Assembly: GCA_963771885.1 (NCBI GenBank)
Contig: CAVYVF010000023.1
Coordinates: 128,001-192,000 of the forward strand
Direction of reading: 5' to 3'
DNA from: Candidatus Bathyarchaeota archaeon
Lineage (GTDB): Archaea; Thermoproteota; Bathyarchaeia; TCS64
DNA: 64,000 nucleotides
Within the stretch, counting starts at the first letter, position 1, and the number at the start of each line of letters is the position of its first letter. The notes beneath the pieces were generated by a model that had not been told where the DNA came from, searched no databases, and was given only the letters and a program-made list of their open reading frames with translations. Below, piece after piece: positions 11,017 through 18,055 of the stretch. The translations under genes were made by a program, and so were the position numbers.

Positions 11017-12239
11017 TCTTCGCGCTTCTCCGGCTCATTCACGAAGAAGATTATCAAAAGTATCGAGGGCACCATGAATAGGGCCTCACCCCAGAAAGGA
11101 AGCTGATGGCCCACGTTGTCGTAAAGCCATCCGCCAGCAATCTGCCCGGCGGACATCGCGAGCATTCCCCAGAAACCCATAGCTCCGTTCGCCTTCCCCC
11201 TGTGCTGCTTCGGCACTAGGTCGGCGAAGAGAGTCAGCCCCGCCGAGTTAAAGAGAACTATCAGCAGCCCCGCCAGAGTCATCGCAAGTATGAGCCTCCA
11301 GAAGTCGCCGTAGACTAGCAGAGGAACCCAGGCGATGCTCGCGAACCCCGCGATTATGAGGGGCTTCTTCCTCCCTATCCTGTCGATGAGCTTCCCGCTA
11401 GGTATGGCAACTATAATCATGGTGACGAACATCGCCGTCATGATGTAGCTGAGAGCCACGGGATCTATGCCGAGATCGTTGACTATGTACAGGGTTATTA
11501 CGGGCTGGAAGAGCCCGATAGCGAAGCTGCTGATGAGGTTAGCGATAAAGAAGACGAAGGCTGTGCGTGGGAGTAACCCCCATACATTCCAGCTCTCCCT
11601 AATCGAGAGGGGTACTGTTTTAGCTGCTTCTCGGATGTTGAATTTGTCAGGTGTCTCGACGGTCTCTTTTAGTCGCAGGCGGAGGAAGGCGGCGACGAGG
11701 AAGCCGCCGAGGGCTACCGCGTAGCCGAGCCTCATGCTCGGGATGAGCCCCATCCGAGCGTAAAGGACACCGGCGAGGAGAGGTGCGGGGGTCGTCGAGA
11801 CGCTCGCGATGAGGTTGATGAGGCTGAAAGCCATCCCCCTCTTCTCCTTGGGCACCGAGTCGGCAACAATCGCCATTAGAGCGGGTCCGTAGATGTTGGT
11901 GACGCCGACAAGGAAGGCGCCGACGAGTATCCACTCCCACGTGGGAGCGAATATGTAGAATAGGCGAGCGAAAGCGGCGACGAAGGTCATTGTGGCGATG
12001 AGCCACTTGCGCCCGTACTTATCGGCGAGGTAGCCGCCGGGTATCTGGACGATTCCCCTAGCGATGGCTTCAACGGCGCCGATGAGGCCGATCGTGGCAG
12101 CTGTTCCACCGAGCGCCTCGACGTAGAGGGGGTAGTAGGTGCCCGGGAGCTCGCCGGCGAAGTCAAGTACGAGCCAGCTCGCTATCATTACGGCGAAGTT
12201 GCCCGCGACAAAGCCGAACTCGCTCCTGAGCTTGCCCAT
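11013..12239 (-). CDS. MFS transporter
   Basis: Motif A GYLADKYGRK and GKLIDRIGRK; about 12 TM segments. Confidence 0.92.
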   Translation of the reverse strand: MGKLRSEFGFVAGNFAVMIASWLVLDFAGELPGTYYPLYVEALGGTAATIGLIGAVEAIARGIVQIPGGYLADKYGRKWLIATMTFVAAFARLFYIFAPTWEWILVGAFLVGVTNIYGPALMAIVADSVPKEKRGMAFSLINLIASVSTTPAPLLAGVLYARMGLIPSMRLGYAVALGGFLVAAFLRLRLKETVETPDKFNIREAAKTVPLSIRESWNVWGLLPRTAFVFFIANLISSFAIGLFQPVITLYIVNDLGIDPVALSYIMTAMFVTMIIVAIPSGKLIDRIGRKKPLIIAGFASIAWVPLLVYGDFWRLILAMTLAGLLIVLFNSAGLTLFADLVPKQHRGKANGAMGFWGMLAMSAGQIAGGWLYDNVGHQLPFWGEALFMVPSILLIIFFVNEPEKRED

Positions 12240-12371
12240 TATACTGCCAAGCCCCGCCAAACCTAACACGCTCTTTGACCCCTAGACGCGGCTTCCTTTT
12301 ATAAATGGGACTCATCGCCGGTGGTGGCTTTCTTGTACTCACAATTCGTTACTTGGTACGCCTCGAAACGC

Positions 12372-12380
12372 TTTTAATAT
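12372..12380 (+). promoter_or_regulatory. TATA box of tRNA-His
   Basis: TTTTAATAT about 26 nt upstream of the tRNA, preceded by purine-rich CGAAAC. Confidence 0.6.
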
Positions 12381-12405
12381 GACCCCCGTATCCCTTTTTC
12401 CGCGC

Positions 12406-12480
12406 GGCCTCTGTGGTGCAACGGTAGCATACGGGACTGTGGATCCCTTGACCTGGGTTCGACTCCCAGCAGAGGCCCCA
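12406..12480 (+). tRNA. tRNA-His(GTG), intronless, with encoded G-1 and CCA
   Basis: Acceptor GCCTCTG/CAGAGGC, anticodon loop CTGTGGA, T-arm CTGGG-TTCGACT-CCCAG, discriminator C then CCA. Confidence 0.95.
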
Positions 12481-12507
12481 CCCCGCGCTGGGCTTAGCTG
12501 GCAAACC

Positions 12508-12514
12508 TATAAAT
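12508..12514 (+). promoter_or_regulatory. TATA box of tRNA-Leu
   Basis: TATAAAT about 26 nt upstream of the tRNA. Confidence 0.6.
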
Positions 12515-12539
12515 GTGCGATGCCGGCTAACTGTGGTGG

Positions 12540-12627
12540 GCGGAGGTCGCCCAGCTAGGCCAAAGGCGTAGGACTGAGGCTCCTATCCCGAAGGGGTTCG
12601 TGGGTTCGAATCCCACCCTCCGCACCA
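12540..12627 (+). tRNA. tRNA-Leu(GAG) with encoded CCA
   Basis: Acceptor GCGGAGG/CCTCCGC, anticodon arm TAGGA-CTGAGGC-TCCTA, variable arm CCC-GAA-GGG, T-arm GTGGG-TTCGAAT-CCCAC. Confidence 0.95.
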
Positions 12628-12826
12628 CCACTTAATTATTGTTCGATAAGCCGTCATTTTATCGAGTGGAAGGTGGGTTACGACCGGCACACCGACCACC
12701 GCCGCGCGCATGATCGGAAGAGAGTGAACTTCTGTGTGAGCGTTGAGGGCGTCTTCGTCGAGATGGACTCCGAGCTTCTCGAGTATTGGCGCACCTTGAA
12801 GAGCCAACTCATCAGCAGCCGATAAC

Positions 12827-12902
12827 CGCACTTTTCTGCATAAATCTGCACTTTCTGCGCAATTGTGCACCGCACAAACCGCACTATTGTGCACTTCTGC
12901 AC
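12827..12902 (-). repeat. array of 7 exact and 2 variant YGCAC (GTGCR on the minus strand)
   Basis: Copies start at 12827, 12837, 12847, 12856, 12866, 12871, 12880, 12890, 12898. Confidence 0.8.
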
Positions 12903-13319
12903 CCCAAAGTGTTTCAGGACTGAACCCGAGTGTCCGCGCCTGATATCGAACCCCGAGGGGAAACCTAACGAGGAAGCGGTCGATAGTGTCAACAAGTAGG
13001 AGCGATCATGAACTTCACCACTAGGGAGGCTGTCGACCTCGGCTGCGTCGAAAAAACGTCCACGTTGAACCCTACTAGCCGCCGCTATGGTCAAACAACT
13101 GACGACTAACCCTAAAAAGTGCGGATATTCGGGAAAATGGCATTCCCCGCAGCAGGATACCCGCGTGGGTTAGAGGCCAAGTACACAGGAGATGCCGCAG
13201 TCTAAGTGGAGGCTCTCCAGGTTGGGGCGTACAGAAAAATATCTTCTTCGACGATGAACTATCCGAAACTGTATCCCCTGAGAAGGATTAGTCCGGGGAA
13301 GGTCCGCAGTCCGTCCATA

Positions 13320-13394
13320 GTGCAGACGAGTGCGCCGAGTGCGGGTGCACTGCGGAATAGTGCGCCGAGTGCGGGGGTAGTGCGGACGAGTGCG
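13320..13394 (+). repeat. array of 8 exact and 1 variant GTGCR
   Basis: Copies at 13320, 13330, 13339, 13345, 13350, 13360, 13369, 13380, 13390; AGTGCGCCGAGTGCGGG occurs twice. Confidence 0.8.
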
Positions 13395-13664
13395 CTGTAA
13401 AACCACTAGCTGCACCTGCAGAGGTGCAGCCGGTGCAGAACGCGCAGTCAGGCGCACTCACCGCAGAACGCGCACCCCCCGCACTCGCACCTGCAGACGA
13501 AGAGGTGGACGAGGAAGTGCAGACGGGAAAAACGGGATACACTCAAGAGAGATCTATGCAGCGCACTTGGCTGGACTTTTTGAGAGATATGCAGGTACCT
13601 CCTCTTTCGAAAGGAGGGCATTGTCTAGCCTGAAAAACTAAAAAAGGCATACGCTGAATATTGT

Positions 13665-13979
13665 ATGGTGAATGTGTTGCCTAGCAATGATGTTAAAATT
13701 ACCGTTCTGAAGAAGGTCAAGACTGGTGAGATTCTCAAGGAGTACGGTGCCTCGACGGTTGAGCAGGAGTGCCCCGTCGTCAAGGAGGGCGTCGAGTACC
13801 TGAGCAAGGGGGGCAAGATACCCGAGGGCTTCTGCGGCTGGGCTTGGGCCGACATCCAGAGGGACGTGGCTGTCCTCGCGTTCGGCGGTGACTTCCCATG
13901 GATCAAGAAGAAGGGTACGATGATCAGTTGCTGCACAGACGGCTTACGCCCGGTCATCTTCAAGCTGGACCGCGTCTAG
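13665..13979 (+). CDS. TIGR04076-like small Cys-motif protein
   Basis: ECPVVKEG, PEGFCGWAWADI, CCTDGLRPVIFKL. Confidence 0.85.
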   Translation: MVNVLPSNDVKITVLKKVKTGEILKEYGASTVEQECPVVKEGVEYLSKGGKIPEGFCGWAWADIQRDVAVLAFGGDFPWIKKKGTMISCCTDGLRPVIFKLDRV

Positions 13980-14263
13980 TTCTTCAGGTAGCCCTTCAGG
14001 TTTTTTGTGAGGGGCTTGCCTAGAGTCGCCTCGATCGGCTCGAATATCTCCGTGTACCTGTTTCCGTCTTCGACCTTGATGCGCTCCTTGGAGGCGATGA
14101 CGACGAATATTTCGTCGCCCTGCTTCAGGGTAGTGCTGTTGGCGTGGCCGCCGGGGATGACGACGGCGCCGAGGTACGTCTCTCTGTCCGTCCTCCGCCT
14201 CTCTACGAGGACCTTCCCGCCCCTGACGAGGATGAGGCTGACAGTGTCGACCGTCTTCTTCAT
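13976..14263 (-). pseudogene. chimeric ORF: Nudix N-terminus joined to an unrelated C-terminus
   Basis: VSLILVRGGKVLVERRR...VVIPGGH breaks off at the first residues of the Nudix box; EGE...RELxEE is absent. Confidence 0.55.
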
Positions 14264-14271
14264 GGTTACTG

Positions 14272-15099
14272 CTACTTTTGGCAACCCGGGCAGTAGTAGA
14301 CCTGGCCGCCGCCATGCGCCATCTTCTCCACCTTAGACCCGCAACGGGGACACTCCGCGTCCTTCATACTCGGGCCCATCTTCGGCGCGTAGCCACCCGG
14401 CTTGCCGAAGAGGTCGACGAACTCGTCCTTGCCCCCGAGGAGCAGCCTCTCCTCGATGAGGCCGCTCACGGCGGGGTAGAGGGCGTCGGCCTGGCTTGGG
14501 GTAAGCTCCGAGGCCTTCGTGTGGGGGTGTATGCCCGCCCGCCAGATTATGTCCTGGAAGGCGCTGTTGCTCAGCCCAGTTACAATGGCGTCCTTGCCGA
14601 CGAGGATGGGCTTGAGCTGTGTTCCCTTCGATGTGACTAGTTTTCTGAACTGTTCCTCGGTCAAGTCGAGGGGGTTTGACGCGCCGAGGTAGTCACGCTT
14701 GTACATGTAGAGCCCGGGAAGCTGCTCATCGCGGGCCGCGTAGACAAGCCCCATACTTGTGAGGCGCACGGTAAGAGAGTCGCCGCCTGCGAAGCCGACG
14801 CGTAGGTGGTGCCTCGCCTCCTCGCCGCGGGGGTGGTAGAGGATGACGCCGCCGTACTCTGGCGCGAGCATCAGGTTCATCCCCCCATCCAGCTTGACCC
14901 TGATGGTGTTCCCGCTGCCCCCAGCTCCCTCGACACGCCTGCCGATGAACTGCTTAAAGTCGTCGAGGTTCTTGTTGATTAATCCGATTCGGATCAGTTT
15001 CTCGTAGTCCTTGAGGTCGTAGGATTCGATGATCTTGCCCTTTATGGTCTCATCGAGCTGCTTTGCGAGTATGCGTGACTCGGGGTATTCGATGCTCAC
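14272..15099 (-). CDS. Fpg/Nei-like DNA glycosylase (H2TH plus zinc finger)
   Basis: N-terminal SIEYPE, GLSNSAFQDIIWRAGIHP, CPRCG...YYCPGCQ. Confidence 0.85.
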   Translation of the reverse strand: MSIEYPESRILAKQLDETIKGKIIESYDLKDYEKLIRIGLINKNLDDFKQFIGRRVEGAGGSGNTIRVKLDGGMNLMLAPEYGGVILYHPRGEEARHHLRVGFAGGDSLTVRLTSMGLVYAARDEQLPGLYMYKRDYLGASNPLDLTEEQFRKLVTSKGTQLKPILVGKDAIVTGLSNSAFQDIIWRAGIHPHTKASELTPSQADALYPAVSGLIEERLLLGGKDEFVDLFGKPGGYAPKMGPSMKDAECPRCGSKVEKMAHGGGQVYYCPGCQK

Positions 15100-15152
15100 A
15101 CCGTTCACCGATTGTGAGCCGGTTTCATCCTTCTTTAAGCGTTGGGTGGGGG

Positions 15153-16037
15153 CTAGAGGTTGATCAGGAGGACGGCTACGAGGGTCAGGGCGATGCCGAG
15201 GGCGTTGACTCTGCTGATCTTCTCCTTGAAGATGAGCCATGCCAGTATGGTGACTAGGAGCAGACCCCCAGAGTTTACGAGCGGGAAGACCACCGCCCCT
15301 GGAAGCAGCGTCAAGGCGAGCAGAGTGGATAAGTTGACGCCTATGTTGCATACCCCCACGGCGCCCCCGTAGGCGAAGTCACGCGGAGCAATCTCGCCTC
15401 TGTATCTCAGGGCGACGGGGATGGTCATCAGCGTCGCCGCTGTAAAGACGACTACGAAGAAGGCGTCCCTCTCCGCCCCGAGGCCAGATGCGACGAGCAC
15501 CTTCGAGGTGAACTGGGCAAAGCCCTGAACCACGAGTTGGACGACTATGAGTGCGAGCGTCTCCCGGTCGAGAGCGCCGTTGAGACCACTTTCCCTCGAC
15601 GCGAGGAGGGGCAGCGAGACGAGTGCTACGCCAACTCCGATGATTTGGGTAACGCCGAGGCTATCGCCATAAAGCGCCACCGAGAGACTCACGGGAATGA
15701 GGACCGAGAGCTGGCTCGCCGAGACTGCTATCGATGCACCGCGCCTGCCTATCGTGGTCATTCCGAGATACATCCCGCCTATGTAGAGGAGACCGCTGAC
15801 GACGCCGAGGCCTATAGTGAGCAGCGAGGCGGAGTGGAAGCCGTTGAGGGCGAACATGGCGAAGCTGAGCGCGAGCGCTACGCAGTAGTTCGCGGCGATG
15901 ACACCCCACCGAGTCTTTATCGACTTGACTGCGAGGCGATTAACCATGTTTATGCCGGTTATGGCGATTATACCTGAGATGACGAACGCCATCGGGGGCA
16001 CACCTGAGAGGTCCAAGATTGTACCAAGCAGACCCAC
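15153..16037 (-). CDS. EamA/DMT-family transporter
   Basis: About 10 TM segments in two repeats; ILAWLIFKEKIS. Confidence 0.85.
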   Translation of the reverse strand: MGLLGTILDLSGVPPMAFVISGIIAITGINMVNRLAVKSIKTRWGVIAANYCVALALSFAMFALNGFHSASLLTIGLGVVSGLLYIGGMYLGMTTIGRRGASIAVSASQLSVLIPVSLSVALYGDSLGVTQIIGVGVALVSLPLLASRESGLNGALDRETLALIVVQLVVQGFAQFTSKVLVASGLGAERDAFFVVVFTAATLMTIPVALRYRGEIAPRDFAYGGAVGVCNIGVNLSTLLALTLLPGAVVFPLVNSGGLLLVTILAWLIFKEKISRVNALGIALTLVAVLLINL

Positions 16038-16062
16038 CTACGACTATATAATCCTTAGAAAA

Positions 16063-16839
16063 CTAGTAGCCAGCTTTCCGGAAGATGGCTTCAGCAGATC
16101 GACGTGCAGTTGAAACGTCCGACAGTTTTAACAATGACTCCCCGCGTAGCACGGCCCTTGCGAGGTCATCATCAGCCGCAAGCTTGCCGAGGTATCTCTC
16201 CCCAGTCTTCGCCTCAACCTCGGCTTCCCAACCTTCAGGAAATCTGTAGTTACCGACGACGAAGAACCTTTTACATATCAGATTCAGATCGCCCAGCAGC
16301 CTGCGGCTCCTCCTTACGTGGTCGAATGCCTTCTGAGAGGGGTCTATAATATCGAAGATGTCATCAACTTCAGGGGTTACGCGGCGGTTAAGCTGCTCGA
16401 GCCCGGCGGGGCTGTCTATGATAACGTGGCGGTAGCTACGGATCATGCCCGTGAGCGCCATCCTCATCGCCATGTTCGACGTGCAGTAGCATCCCTCACC
16501 CCACTTCACGCCAAGCGTGATTAGGTCGAACCCCTCGCCCTCATAGAGCCCCTCGCCCCAGATACGTGCCTCCAGCTTCTCGATTGGAAATGGCTGAGGA
16601 CGATCCGTACCGTCGCTTTCCCTCTCCATGGTGTCGAGTAAAAGCTCGGAGACCGTTGACTTACCGGCAGCCAATAAGTCGACACCAATCATCTCGGCGA
16701 GGTTCATGTCTGGGTCGAGGTCGACGAGTAGTATGGGAGTCTCTCTCTTCTCAAGGAAGTGTGCGGCGAGAAGGACTGTGAAGCTAGTCTTCCCGGTTCC
16801 GCCCCTACCCACGACGGCGATACGCTCCAAAAAAGTCAC
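16063..16839 (-). CDS. CooC/AcsF-like MinD-family ATPase
   Basis: GRGGTGKT, LVDLDPDMNL, GEGCYC, IDSPAGLEQLNR; GTGA overlap with the ferredoxin stop. Confidence 0.88.
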   Translation of the reverse strand: MTFLERIAVVGRGGTGKTSFTVLLAAHFLEKRETPILLVDLDPDMNLAEMIGVDLLAAGKSTVSELLLDTMERESDGTDRPQPFPIEKLEARIWGEGLYEGEGFDLITLGVKWGEGCYCTSNMAMRMALTGMIRSYRHVIIDSPAGLEQLNRRVTPEVDDIFDIIDPSQKAFDHVRRSRRLLGDLNLICKRFFVVGNYRFPEGWEAEVEAKTGERYLGKLAADDDLARAVLRGESLLKLSDVSTARRSAEAIFRKAGY

Positions 16840-17093
16840 CAGTTTACGGTTATCGCCTTCTGGGGACATGCCTTGACACACTTGCCACAACGCGTGCAGA
16901 GGTCAGTCCAGACGGCGGTGACCTGCCAGAGGTCAGGGTCGTACCGGTTCTTCTGCTTAGCCCCAATTGTCTCGTGGCGGATGAAAACTGTGGGGTCGCA
17001 GGTCTTGAGACATACCCCGCATTCACGGGGGTCTATGCCTCCAGTCGCGTTACCGCACTTACTCTGGTCAATGTTAATCTTCGTCCAGCCCAT
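16836..17093 (-). CDS. small ferredoxin-like 4Fe-4S protein
   Basis: C-x11-CGVCLKTC and CTRCGKCVKACP. Confidence 0.85.
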   Translation of the reverse strand: MGWTKINIDQSKCGNATGGIDPRECGVCLKTCDPTVFIRHETIGAKQKNRYDPDLWQVTAVWTDLCTRCGKCVKACPQKAITVNW

Positions 17094-17095
17094 TG

Positions 17096-17965
17096 CTAGT
17101 ACTGCCCCCTGAGGCCAGGGACCTCGTCGCGTGGGATTAGACCCAATGCGTCGAATTTGCACGCGTCCCTGCATAAGCCGCAACCGAAGCACTTGTTCTG
17201 GTCGATAATCACCCTCTTGAGAGTGGCGTTATACCTTATCGCACCGAACTGGCAGCGAGCCACACACCTCATACAGCCCTGACACATGTCGGGGTTAACC
17301 TCAGCCACGTACTCCGCCTTGTAAACGGTATGTATACCGAAGTCGTTGCGTAGGCGTAGTCCACCGCACTGGGGTACCTCGCAGCTGCAAATCGCGTTGA
17401 TGTAGGGCACAGGTTGGAACCAGACAGTGCTCACCCTGCCCTTACGGTTCTGCTCCTCGAGTGCTGCCACCGCCTCGTCCCGCGTCAACCGCACCTTTGT
17501 ACCCTCCGGAATAAACCGGGGCAGCTTCTCGATCACCCCACTCAAGGCACCGAAGTTGATGCAACAGACATCCTTGCACCCCTTCTGCATCCAGCGACAC
17601 ATACAGTAGTTCTGGATTATGGGCTCCGCAGCAAGCGTCAACATGATAGTCTTCGCCTCCTCGATGGGTATGACCTGCCCGAAGTGACCATCAGCGCGCA
17701 CCGGATTCCTGTGAGCGCCTTCGCTGTGTATCATTCTCTCAGCCTGCCAGCGGATCGCCCTTCCGATTATTGGCATACGCAGCTTATACCCGAGCCCAAT
17801 ACTGCTCATCCCCATCATCTTCCTGATGTAGACCTGCTCGAAGTTCATCCACTGCTCCGTCAGGTACGCTTCCATCTGCATCTCCTCCGCGAGCTCGTTT
17901 GAGTAGTTGCGGGCGTTGAGGTACCACTTGCCACCGGCGCCGTGCTTCATACACCACTGGCACAA
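17096..17965 (-). CDS. Cys-rich protein with C-terminal 2x[4Fe-4S] domain
   Basis: CQWCMKHG, CMCR, ICSC...C, CQGCMRCVARCQF, CFGCGLCRDACKF. Confidence 0.88.
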   Translation of the reverse strand: MCQWCMKHGAGGKWYLNARNYSNELAEEMQMEAYLTEQWMNFEQVYIRKMMGMSSIGLGYKLRMPIIGRAIRWQAERMIHSEGAHRNPVRADGHFGQVIPIEEAKTIMLTLAAEPIIQNYCMCRWMQKGCKDVCCINFGALSGVIEKLPRFIPEGTKVRLTRDEAVAALEEQNRKGRVSTVWFQPVPYINAICSCEVPQCGGLRLRNDFGIHTVYKAEYVAEVNPDMCQGCMRCVARCQFGAIRYNATLKRVIIDQNKCFGCGLCRDACKFDALGLIPRDEVPGLRGQY

Positions 17966-18055
17966 GGCTGGATCGAATCTATTCTCCTCGTAGAAAATTT
18001 AACACCATTGACGGTGTGCGGAAGTTAAATACGCTAAACCGGCAAGCCTCATACC

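Larger units (their letters stand above)
12628..13640. mobile_element. probable decayed tRNA-integrated element remnant
   Basis: About 1 kb without a convincing intact ORF directly after a tRNA 3' end; short coding-like fragments; iteron-like arrays; no integrase or second att copy seen. Confidence 0.5.

Noticed and set aside
12305..12382. 25-codon hydrophobic ORF MGLIAGGGFLV...
   Set aside because: The ATG lies inside a TATA-like tract and the ORF overlaps the tRNA promoter; likely chance.
13318..13400. Possible CRISPR array
   Set aside because: Units are 5-18 bp with no unique 30-40-bp spacers and no cas genes.
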